DNA of 60,500 nt, filler included, from Sphacelaria rigidula (taxonomy: Eukaryota): assembly GCA_964200075.2 (NCBI GenBank). It is 10 parts of 10 records of this genome, joined end to end, with 100 filler letters (N's around TTAATTAATTAA, not from the genome) between each part and the next. Parts side by side here need not be neighbours in the genome. Positions count along the whole stretch, not along the records: positions 48,481 to 54,440 come from CAXNAA020023196.1; positions 54,541 to 60,500 come from CAXNAA020023197.1; 8 more parts are not named here. The stretch is one strand, 5' to 3'. The position numbers were made by a program, and so were the translations under genes. Below the pieces are notes generated by a model. The model saw only the letters and a list, made by a program, of their open reading frames with translations. It did not search any database and was not told where the DNA came from. Positions 49,595-60,500 of this stretch are shown one piece after another (the first letter of the stretch is position 1; the number at the start of each line of letters is the position of its first letter).

Positions 49595-51204
49595 CCACTC
49601 CCGCCCCCAGCACCCTCAGAATTCCCGCCATTTCCATCATCCCCCGGTCGTCCACCTCCACCTCCACCCCCACCCCCACCCCCACCGGCTCTCTTCGCCA
49701 CCGCAAATTGCATCCAAGAAGGGCGCGGTGCGCCCCTAGCGAACAGTTCACGCAGGGGCGGGGCAGAACTGCCGACTTGCGGCGAGTCGAGGCCGGGCAG
49801 GGTGGCCGAGCGGGAAAGAGATGTGTGCTTTATTTCGTGTGCTGTCGTCGCCATTGAAGTACTCATGCCGGTGTCTCGCGCGGGTGCTTCATGCGGGGAG
49901 GAGGAGAAAGTGGAATAAGAGTAGGGGGGGAAATTGTTTTCGATACCTACACCGGTGAACTCTTGATGGTTGTGGTAGTGCAACGGCGGCCGAAGGTGAC
50001 GAGGAGAATCGTGGTGGTAAGGTGATGCTGGCATCATGCCGAAGGGAAGAGGTGGCGGCCGCGGTAGGTGCGAAATCGCCGCAGAAGGCCGTCGCGACAG
50101 AGACTCCATCCCCCCATCACCGCGAGCATGAGGATCATGATGAGAAGAAAAGCGCGCAGCAGCAATTTCCGGGTCGTCCCCGCCCCCGGCAGTAGCTCTG
50201 GGACTCCCAGCTGCCATCGCGCCGGCGCCGGGAGCCGCCGTGGTTTGCTGAGCAGCTCCTTCGTGGAAAGACGCGTACATGGACCGGTGGCAACATGTAT
50301 CTGTGCAAGATGTAGCGGCGATCGTGGTGGGTTCGGAGGAGTTGAAGCCGGGCATGGGTGGGGCGGCGGTGACGCCTCGGCGCACGGCCCCACTGCCGCC
50401 GCCGCGAGAAACGCCATCGCCGCGGGCGATTGATCCCGCTCTCTGGTCGCGATCGTTGTTGTCGCTGCTGTCGATGTCGCTGTGGTTGTTGTCGCTGCGG
50501 TTGTCGCTGCGGTTGTTGATGCGACTGTCCTTGTGATTGGTGTGGTTGTTGATGTGACTGTCGTTGTGGTTGTGGCTATTCGCGCTAAGCGTGGTGGCAC
50601 CATTCGGAATAACACGGGCTCGAGCACCGGCCGTCGTCGCCGTCATTGTCCCGAAGTTGCTGGCGGTAGGGGCGGCGGTGACGAAGGCGGCGGAACCAGC
50701 GGCAGAATTACGGCGTGCATAGGCGGCCGAGAGGGACGAATCTGACATGGATAACGAGTCTGACATGACTGAAGCGCGCACGAGGAGGTCAATGTAGTTC
50801 TTGCTGCCGTTGCTGCGGGCGCGAGGGCCGGAGTCCGTCCTCTCGCCCCCACCAGAAACGGAAATGGGCGATTTCACTGGAGCGCCTGCTCCTCCATCCG
50901 CCACTGCAGTCTCGCCACTTGTCGTCACGTTGCCTCCGCTGTTGTCTTGCCCGCTGAGTTTGTCGGTGCCGACGGCGAGATCTTCGGATTTTTTGTCGTT
51001 GCTGTCGTTGTTGTCGTTGCTGTCGTTGCTGTCGTTGCTGTCGTTGCTGTTGTTCTTGGTGATGACAGTGGTGGTCGTTGCCGCGTCGTCGAGTTCAGTC
51101 TTGGAAAATGACGGTGAGGATGGTGATGAAGATGGTGATGGGTTGCTGCTGGTGTTCACCACAGGAGCCTCTTGGAATTCCGTTTCTCCCAGATTAACTA
51201 CTCC
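49595..51204 (-). CDS. Large internal exon of an unknown low-complexity (S/N/D/G/A/H-rich) protein
   Basis: GC-rich open frame of about 536 codons bounded by a GACAG acceptor (AG at 51206-51205) and a GTAAGG donor (49594). No domain recognised. Confidence 0.75.
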
Positions 51205-51964
51205 CTGTCATTTGGGTTGTGTTTGGCAGGGAAAGGGGGGAGACGGGGGTAGAGTGACTGGGTGGCCGCCGTACGGCGTAGGTGTAAGCGTGCATTTTAT
51301 AGCGAGGGTGAGCGCCTACCTTCTGTCATGTATCGATGTTTGTATGGACCACGAAGGCCCTTAACGAGAGAGAGCGAAGTACCAACACCTGTACTAGCAC
51401 TAGGTGAGCCAGAGTCTCAGTGGGTACTAGATAGAATAAGCAGCTTTCAGGTTTCCCGGTATTTCTGCTTGATCTGTGGTATTCGACGGTAGCGGAATGG
51501 TGTTAATCTTATTACTCTAATATATTAGAACACGGAGTAATAAGAGCGACCGTGTGAACGTGGGCACATATAACAAACATCACGAGGGCACGTGAAACCA
51601 GATACCCTCCAGCCCCTCCGCCGACAGGTGCGAGTAAAGTGAGGCACCCCGCCTAGCCCACCAGGCAGTGGCATAGGCGCCTTCAAACCACGTCGATGGG
51701 GATATAGTGATTGCTTGGTGTAGCGAATAGTTGGACGTAGTTTATTCATTGATCCCGCTGCAAATCTAGTCGTGCTTGCAAGATGGATGTGCACGCGATG
51801 AAGCAGCCACAGAAACATTCGCTGGAGGAAACTCGAGAACAGAGGGGAGATGAAAGACGAACAAGGAGAACACACTATATCAGACTAACGTGGTCGCCAC
51901 AATCTACGATGTAGTGCCAGTCCCCAGAATCCCCCCCCCCCCTACACGCCCCTACCAGGGTTTC

Positions 51965-52032
51965 GGTGCTCCGTCTCGAAAGGGATGCGTGGTCAATGGT
52001 CAAATGACTAAGGCAAGCAACAAATGAATACG
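51965..52032 (+). mobile_element. 68-bp 5'-truncated LINE tail with 30-bp TSD starting in poly(C)
   Basis: CCCCCCCCTACACGCCCCTACCAGGGTTTC at 51935-51964 and 52033-52062. Confidence 0.93.
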
Positions 52033-54390
52033 CCCCCCCCTACACGCCCCTACCAGGGTTTCAGGGTAAGGAGGCGGTACAAACAGCAAGGCTGTGGAAG
52101 CAGACTGCGAGTCAGCCACCCGGAGAGCGTATTTTGGCAACTATGTTTGCAGCAGTACAAAGCATTTGCTGTGCGGATAACTCGTGCCCACCAACATTTC
52201 TTCTTGATTTTCAAAAAGGGGACCGCGAAGCGTTTTCTGCATAACAGAGAAACGCAAGACTCCGTTGGACTTGTCGACGGTGTGGCGTGGATTATGTGAT
52301 AATAGTGTTTTTTTTTGCTGTTCATAACCCGGGTACACGTTGTGTTCTCTCATCTTACGGGGCCAGATGTAAAGACATGTACAGGGACAATACAGGGTCA
52401 CGGCTACGGTGTAAGGGTCCGTCCAAGACTTCGGCCTCCACCAGGTTGAGGATCTGCTGGAGGAGGAGTTATGTACAAAATTCGACATCAACCAAGCGAT
52501 CGATTCACGTTAGCCTAAGTGAACGAACTTAAGTTCAGCCGAATTCACACCGGTTGGCATAAAATTGACAACTTTGCGGTGTAAGAGCCTGTACGGTTGA
52601 CGGCTTGCGAGTGACGGCTCGTTTGATCGAGCTAGTGTGAAAGTTAATGTGAGGGGGAAGGAAACGCCATTTTGAAATATCGCAATTGTTTTGGCCTCTC
52701 GGAATTCTTCTTCTTCCCGAAGACGGGGGGGATGGACAAGCTAGTCTAGAAGCCTTAGCGGATTCTCTCCGGATGGCTACCTCCTTGGGAATAGGCTGCT
52801 GCGTAGAGTGATGATTTCTCGCCCACGCCGTTCAACAAGAGCCAGGATCAGACCCCTTACATCTTATGTATGTAGATGGTCGTTCCCCCTCACCTTGTGA
52901 GATCCCATGATACGGTTGTCGAGCCTCGAGCCCGGAGGGGTGTTGAGCAAGCGTCCGGGGCTTTTGGACGATCGGAAGGCATGGTGGCCGTGGTTGACAG
53001 GGACTATCGAGTTCATTTGAGGCTGAGGAGTAGCATCTGGCCAGTGTACCTGCCCTACATCTTACGTTGTATTGCTGTTTCGGGGGCGTTTTGATCTATG
53101 CGCGAATATGTTCACATTATTATCTTCTCGTCGTATGTACATGTTCATTGCGCGTGCGCGTACATTACTGTCGGTTTAACACCTTGTTCGCACCGATCCG
53201 TCCACGGAGCACGCCCAACGGGGCGGCCAAAATACCCACAATGGAAAAAACAAAAGAGGCAAAATACGAACAAACGGTGATGATATAAACCCGCTTAATC
53301 TGGCGGTCATACGGCATTTGCTCGCTGTCGCCTGGTTGATTTTTAACTCTTTCTTCCCGAAAAAACATTACAAACTGGCAAGAGTCTGTCCTGTGGCCGC
53401 GGATTGATACCTCGGGGATCAGCTTACGTTCAACGACCAAATCAACCAATCGATCAATCAAGCAATACCGGGGGAGAGAGGGGTCGAACCCTAGAGACCG
53501 CGAACTCGTCCCGAGGATGGGGGAGCGGGGGGAGAGGGGGGGTAAAGTGTGCCCCCAAGAAACAATAATACCGTCCTCTTCAACCGCCGTTCTCGTCAAG
53601 CTTCCTCGCATACTATTTTTCCTGGTAGATATGTATCTAGTACAACATCTCAACAAGAGGGCTCCCTCAACACGCAGTCTGACTCGGGGGGAGCGCGTTC
53701 GCGACGTTCTTAGGGTTCCGCAATTCAGTCCCCCAAATGACCTCCTGGAAGGAGTGTATTTTCCCCATAACTACGACCAGACAGCTTGCTAGCTGCCCTT
53801 GTCCCTGCGATGTTACACGGACCTCACCTCGGCTCCGGGTGTGTGAGCATCTCCCAGCAGGTGCGGCGAGGCTTGCGCGGAGTTCGGCATTCCTCTGATT
53901 TGGACATGAACCGGTCGGGAATAAAGTTAGACTTCAGGAAACCCAGGCAGAAGAGTCGAAACAACAATATCAGCAAAGTATCAGCAAGATATCAGCAAAA
54001 TATTTGCCTTTTTGACTACACACATACGACTGTGGGGCTCATGAAAGATTACTCTCATTATAGGTAAGGTGCAAGGCGAAGGGGGAAAGGGAGGGGCGAC
54101 AGGGGGTATTCGCATTGCTAAGGACTTGGGCATATGTTGTCCATTCCCGAGGGGGATGGGACGAGGGGAGTTACAGTATTTGACTTTGTAGTGTGCAGTG
54201 CCTCATGTGTGGCATATAAGGGCGCGACAGTCTGAGTTTTTCTTGGCATTGGCGATTTCATTCTCATCCCCTACTCCTCTACTCCTCAAACTCGCAGGAC
54301 GGTCAGCGGTCGTGTACTCGGAACAATTAGCACGGACCCTAAGGAATCAAAATGTTATGTCAAGTAACACACGCTCTGCATGATGCACTC

Positions 54391-54426
<36 letters not shown>

Positions 54427-54540
54427 CTCTGGCGTCACGGNNNNNNNNNNNNNNNNNNNNNNNNNNNNNNNNNNNNNNNNNNNNTTAATTAATTAANNNN
54501 NNNNNNNNNNNNNNNNNNNNNNNNNNNNNNNNNNNNNNNN

Positions 54541-56949
54541 CCGAGGACCGAGCAACGCCATCTCCGCTTCCTTTTTGCTTTCCTCCGCTCCGCCAGCCAC
54601 CAGCGTTTCGTCTCGTGCGTGTACCGACCCCATTGCCTCGCGCGTTCGGCTCCTCGTACGCCCCGCCCTTGGTGTTGGTAACCGGTCAGACCACGCAAGA
54701 CGGCGTTGCTCGGTCCTCGGGAGTTGAGGAGCGTTGCCGCCCCCCCCGCCATCTTGCGAGGTACCCGGGGAAGAGGGTAACAGTGCGGGCGACGAGGCAG
54801 TGTCCGATGCCGATGTGAGCGTCGGCGTAGGTGTCGGCGTTGGTGTAGGTGTCGGCATCTGCGCTGGTGTCGGCGTCGACGTAGGTGTCGGCGTCTGTGC
54901 TGGTGTCGGCGTCGGCACTGGTGTTGGCGTCGGCGCTGATGTTGTCGTTGACGATGATGATGATGATTCCGGCTCCGCCTCACCCCCTCCGTTGACAAAC
55001 TCTGGAACGGGGTTTTCTGGTATCACCCCGCCTCCCCCCACCCCTCGCGGGCGTACATTCTGAGTTAACGTGGTTGTCCGGGTATTATCAGTGCATTTCC
55101 TGAATTGAGATCTACCCTGAAATCTGTACGAAAACCAATGTAGGTGTGTCCCATGTGTTGGACCCTTGTGAGTGACAAGAGGTGATGACGGACACCAGGT
55201 ACAAGGTCAACATCCACTAGTGTTAGGATTACATCCTGTCTGTCAGATCTGAAGGCAAGAGACAAATTTCCTTTGCCTAAGATCGGGTAAATACTACCTC
55301 CCGCGTACCGTAGTACCCTACCCTTGCACTCTCTGTACTCCATCATCCCATGGGAATCGTGGGAGAAATGCTGGGTAGCCCCCGTCTCAAATGTCCACGG
55401 TTCGCCCTCACCCTGCTGACTATCACCCCCTGGTTCAACACTCAATGCATACTCGCCTGTGTCGCCGTTGATGGTGTCAAGAGAGGTGAAAGCCTCCCCA
55501 TCCGCCACCGAACAGACGGAGGAGCTGTCGCTGTCGTTGGCCGCGCCCGTCGCCATCACCGCGTCTTCTTCTTTCTTCGCTGTCGATCTCGGGCAGTCCC
55601 AGAACGTGTGCCCCTGCTGACCGCACCTCCCGCAGTATCTCTTCGGGCAGTTCCTGGCTCGATTCGTCGTGTTCTCGTCGAAAATGTGGCAGCGGACCAG
55701 CTGCCCAGTCGCCGGTTTTCCGTCCGACGATGCCGACCCAGAGCTACTTGAACTCTGGCTCTCGCCGCTTTTCTGACCAGAGCCCTGGGGTTTTCCTAGT
55801 TTTCTCTTGCGGTGCGCACCGCTCGGGTTTCCGGTCCCACCCCTGGCAAGGAGAGCCTGGTCGCCCGGGAATGACTTCTTTCCTCGGGCAAGTTCCTGCT
55901 TCAAAGATTTTGATTCGAAGCGTTGCCGGATCAAAGTCAATACAACCTCTCGTGTTAGTGGTCCCTCTCGATCCTCGAGCAATTGCTTCTGAATGTGATA
56001 CTCGAAGGGCCACGCGTTGAGGAATTTCAAGAGAATATGGTTTTCGCTTAGTCGTTCATGCTCCTCGTATGAATTCAGGTTACGTGCAAGTTCCTCCATC
56101 TCGAGCAGCTTCTGCTCTGGATCATCACGGACACCAATCTTGACTCCATCGAACTTTTCCAACAAAGCGGTTCTCGCCCCATTTGTTTTGGGGCGAAATA
56201 CATCCTCGAGTTTTCACCAAACCGCAGCAGGTGAGTGGATTCTAAGCAAATTTCTTGCTCCCTCCTTCCTTCTAAACTAGCTACAAGCATTCATCTGGCC
56301 CTCACGTTGGCTGCCACTGTGTCCTTCCCATGTCTTCTCTCTAGATACCCTATTTCTGTTTTAGGATTACCGACGTCTACATCGTAAGAACTATCGCCGG
56401 CCATTGTGAACACCCAGCCAATTCCTTCGCCCCTTGCGAAGTTGACCAGTTCATGCTTGTACCGAGCATAATCAGCGCTCTTCCCTGAAATTTTTGGGAC
56501 GTTCTGCCGAAAAGTGGGGACCCCTGACACATTTCCACTTGTATAATTTATTTGGATTGGCTCACGTGCGGGGACAAAGCCCCTAGCCTCGTCACTGGTG
56601 GCCTCGTTGTCCATTGCGTCGCGCGCTCCGTCCTCTGGAACAGCTTGGCTCCCGATGTACCGTCGATCTCGTCGAACTCCAGCACCGCGTCGCTCCACCG
56701 TTCTATTTATGTTGAATTCCCCTGTTGACTATGGGAACCTCCACTATCGAGGATGCCGTTGTTTTGTGCGCCCCCGGCCTCTCTTTCTGCCCTCATATTG
56801 TCCATGTTACTCTGTAATGTAGCTTGGCTTAGCTGCATATCACGCATGAGCTGAGCCACGGAAACCATCTGACTACTTACTTCCCGCAACTGCTCCATAA
56901 CACCCTGCTCACCGATTTCTGTTGCAGACCTACCACCTTGTTCTGCCAT
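54541..56949 (-). mobile_element. Ty1/copia gag-protease with stops/frameshifts; integrase missing
   Basis: PKISGKSADYARYK (copia gag N-terminus), LLKFLNAWPFEY, knuckle CGRCGQQGHTFWDC, protease WTFETGATQH, VPGVRHHLLSL; followed directly by a Pro/Thr-rich linker ending GRTRSRTR. Confidence 0.9.
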
Positions 56950-56963
56950 TCTGCAAAACCGGT

Positions 56964-57177
56964 TGTAACACTAGTGTATTCCGTGGCCCGTGGCGAAGGA
57001 TAGATAGTTTTGTCTTTTGTATTATTGGAGAGTGCCTAGACTGAGTCGACCCTGTGACTGAGGCATCAGATGTTGAGTGAGCTCAGCAGGCAGCGTGGTA
57101 GCTGCGATGAGCGGGGTACTGTATTCACTCACACTCGACTACCAGTACCCGCACGTCCGCATCAATCTATTCGCACA
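56964..57177 (-). repeat. Putative 5' LTR of the copia element
   Basis: TGTGCG...GTTACA just upstream of the gag ATG; no second LTR or canonical TGG PBS is visible. Confidence 0.5.
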
Positions 57178-57229
57178 TGTGTATGTTCACTCAGTGTACC
57201 TGTTCACATGAACAGACCACGCCCCCGAT

Positions 57230-57344
57230 CCTAACCCCAACCTTAACCCTGACCCTAACCCTGACCCTGACCCTAACCCTGACCGCAGGGGTGTTCAGAC
57301 TCCGATGCCGTCCCCTAAGCACACGTTCCTCCCACGCATTACAG
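57230..57344. repeat. Telomere-like (CCCTAA/CCCTGA)n plus the terminal motif of the 18633-18845 element
   Basis: About 9 hexamers, then TTCAGACTCCGATGCCGTCCCCTAAGCACACGTTCCTCCCACGCATTACAG. Confidence 0.8.
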
Positions 57345-58254
57345 TGTGTCGTGTTCGATATTTCTAGCCGTACTTTTTATCAAAATTTTAGCATGGCAAA
57401 AAATGGCGGATTAATATTCACTGAACACACCGTCTCGTCTATCCGCTTCTATGATGCGGTGTCAAATAATACGAGTACACGAAATCAGCAAAAAACACTG
57501 TAATTCTGGTTTCACACGGAGTTGAGTGTGGTGGGGAGCAAGGGCTCAACGTGAGCGTGTGAATCGTTCTCGGCAATTTCGTGTTTCATTTGGCTCATCA
57601 TGCTCTATATATGATGCAGCTGGCCGTACATATGTATAGGCTCGTTGCTTTTTGCTTCATCGCCACCTGTTGGCAACATGACGTTTTACCTTCTTCGCCG
57701 CTAGAAGTGTGTGGGGTTGGCAATCACGCCTTTGTTTTAGCGTTCACGGCAGATTGCTGCTGTCGCCCTAGGATTGTGATCATTACCCCCATTCTGTCAC
57801 AAAAGAATTATACTGTGTTGTGGGCTCAATGACTTGCACGTGTGTGTCAGGTTTGGCAAAAAAATATTGGCTTTGACGTTCAAAATATCGGTCTCTCACC
57901 ATCATGTGAAGCAGCGACGAAACCACGGCTCAATGTTGCCGGCAGCTGGGTGCAGATTATTGGAGGCCTGGCCTGACAGAACAACGGGAAAAGAGGGATT
58001 CGAGAAGCGACTCATCGCCCCAGGAGAACGGATGTTCAAACCGATGTTGAAAGTGGACCCGAGAAAATGGTGAGTGATGACGTTGCTGGCACAACTTGTA
58101 CACTCTTTTGTCGATAATTGTCATGTCGTGGTGGACGATAGTTGGCGATGCGTGTGAGATGTTGACACTGTTAGGTCGCTTCTTGGGGCTATTGTTATCG
58201 ACACCATTTTTTCGGAGATCTCCTAGATTTTCAGGAGTTTTGTAAAGGGTAATG

Positions 58255-59280
58255 CTACTTCCAAGTCGCGACTTGGACGTAGCTCATGTGCAAGTCGCGA
58301 CCTGGACATAGCTTACGTCCGAGTCACGACTTGGAAATAGCTTATGTCCACACCTCTAGTTGGGATTTGACTACCCGCCCGCATTCGTCTCATGTCCCTT
58401 GTCTCGACACCACAACACCCGGAATACAGTCACACAGTCCCTAGCCATCGTTCAAACCACCGCACGGTGCAAACGGCCTCGTAGCGGTCGAGAAACGCAC
58501 CTGCTGCACAATGCCAAAAAATACCGCCAACCGACTGGACATGGACATGTCCAAGTGGCGAGTCGGACATGGCCCATGTCCACCACCAGCGATTGGAATA
58601 TGTGTCCGCGCTCGTCCGATGTGCCTTGCATCGACACCACAGCAGCTACAATACACTCACATAGTCCCTAGCCATCGCACGGTGCAAACGGCGTCGTAGC
58701 GGTCGAGAAACGCGCCTGCTGCACAGTGCCAAAAAATACCGCCACCCGACTGGAGGTGGACATAAGTTACGTCCAAGTCGCGAGTTGGGCATAGCTTATG
58801 GTGGAATATGTGTCCGGGCTTGTCCCATGTGACTCGTATCGACACCACAGCAGCTACACTACACTCACACAGTCCGTAGCCATCGTTCAAGCTACCGTGC
58901 GGTGCAAACGGCGTCGTAGCGGACAGGCGTGCCTGCTACACACAGTGCCAAGAAATACCGCCACCCTACTGGAGGTGGATATAAGCTATGTCCACATCGC
59001 GATTTGGCGAGTTGGACATAGCTTATGTCCAGCTCCAGCGAGTGGAATACCTGTGCGCGCTCGTCCCATCTGCCTCGCATCGACATTACAGCAGCTGCAA
59101 AACACTCACGCATTTCGTAGACACCGTTCAAGCCATCATGGGGTGCAAGCGGCCTGGTAGCGCAGGAGAAACGCGCCTGCTGCACACGACCAAAAAAAGA
59201 CATCTGCACCGGACTTGACTTAGACATAGCTTTTGTCAAAAACGCGACTTGGGCAACTTGGACGTAAGCTATGTTGGCTG
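58255..59280. repeat. Tandem repeat of about 215-240 bp units with 29-bp palindromic subrepeats; inverted unit at about 59730-59915
   Basis: GGTGCAAACGGC(G/C)TCGTAGCGG-type motif at about 58466, 58681, 58901 and 59142; TCCAAGTCGCGACTTGGA at 58260-58277 is a perfect palindrome. Confidence 0.88.
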
Positions 59281-60500
59281 GAGGCATGGGAGCACGTAAT
59301 CATGTGCTTGCTATTGATAGCGGTCGCGTTGCAGACAAGAAGCCAAATAGGTGATTGCCGCTAGTACGTTCTACTCGCTTTGTTCCGCAATGCACTGAGG
59401 TTTTAGCCAGCGTGATAAGCATGCATCTACAGACAGTGTTCAATAAACTAGAAATAATGTAAATGCTGCTCAGCTATCTCGCGTCGCACGTCATCTACGT
59501 ACGCTGCCCGTGTAATCTGGGGTTATTGGGTACGAAGTGCGGATGACGCGTACCAGCCGCAAAGATGGCTCCATGAATCGACCCTCTCTTCGTCGCACCG
59601 GCGATGTCCTCGACACACAACCAATGTATCGATTTCCAGGGCTGTAGGAGCTGCGAGGAAGAAGGCCAATATTGTATATCTAGTCCCAAAGGCTACAATA
59701 TCGTGATATTGCTCCCGCGTGCTTTAGCTTTGCACCCCACGATGGCTTGAATGGTTGCTACAGACTGTGTGAGTACATTGCAGCTGCTGTGGTGTCGATA
59801 CAAGCCACATGAGACGACGCGGATAGGTATTCCACTCCCTGGAATTGAGCATACAGTAGCTCATGATGTCCCCCTCCAGTCGGGTGGCGGTATTTTTTTA
59901 CACTGTTATGGGCGCGCCTGACCCCCCAAAATGAGCCAAACAAGTGTCACCGACCAAAAGCACGAACAGACCGCAGATCTTGTTCATCCCCTGAATATTC
60001 ACGCCGTAAAATCACCCAAAGCACTTTCGATTGAGTGGGGTTTCCATTTCACGGTTTCGAAGTTTTCTCGTCCCGGAGTACGAACCACGGCGTGGCTCGG
60101 CCACTCACCGGCGTGTATTCGTGTAAGATACGATGTTGGTGCTCAGTTTGGCGAAAGAAGTTATGGTGATCGAGAAAATCGCAAGAACCTATATTTTTTC
60201 CACTTAATTCGTTATAAAACTCGGATGCTGGTGAATTGAAAAATTCCAAGCCACGAAGTTGTAGCCGTGGTTTTGGCGCACGTGATGCAAATATTCGTTT
60301 CCCAATCAATGACCTTGGTCAGGAGTATTTTCTGAAACAAATTGGGCTATCAGCCCAAACAAGCGCCTTGAACACTCGCCACTTTCCGCGACATGCGAAA
60401 ACCTCACCCCTGTCCAAGGGCCTCAGAATAGATTACACCCATGAATGACTCTTGATAGCGCAGATGGTTGATACATCGCATGTGTGGAATGTTCGACAGG

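Noticed and set aside
52700..54000. Possible decayed retroelement coding fragments
   Set aside because: No recognisable motif in any frame I could read.
5961..54540. Regular 6,060-bp periodicity with a TTAATTAATTAA motif
   Set aside because: Artificial linker joining equal-length pieces; adjacency across linkers has no biological meaning, and ORFs containing X are artefacts.
57230..57284. True chromosome end
   Set aside because: Short, degenerate, internal to the contig and tied to a repeat family.
58255..58360. CRISPR-like palindromic repeats
   Set aside because: The units are contiguous with no unique spacers, there are no cas genes, and the context is eukaryotic.

Overview
This is not one continuous locus. 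It is ten unrelated 5,960-bp sequence pieces joined by an artificial 100-bp linker (44 N + TTAATTAATTAA + 44 N). The DNA is eukaryotic and repeat-rich, with GT-AG introns and TTAGGG-type repeats. The TE repertoire makes a brown alga (Phaeophyceae) my best guess, which is inference only. Host genes seen: three in-frame exons of an mTERF-repeat gene, two or three exons of a mucin-like Thr/Glu/Pro/Ser-rich protein with a GPI-type C-terminus, and one large low-complexity exon. Almost everything else is mobile DNA: a decayed APE+RT LINE with many 5'-truncated tails, a long gag-like ORF1 (probably Ngaro/DIRS type) plus a relative, a Ty1/copia lacking its integrase, a Ty3/gypsy remnant, and many MITEs (hAT, Tc1/mariner, piggyBac, and several unassigned families with 4-bp TSDs). 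The most notable observations are (1) a LINE whose 3' end runs into poly(C) rather than poly(A), appears to target C/G homopolymers and stacks into its own tails; (2) RAC-terminated MITE families with clean, non-specific 4-bp TSDs; and (3) a small TIR element carrying internal telomeric repeats. No rRNA, tRNA or CRISPR array was found.
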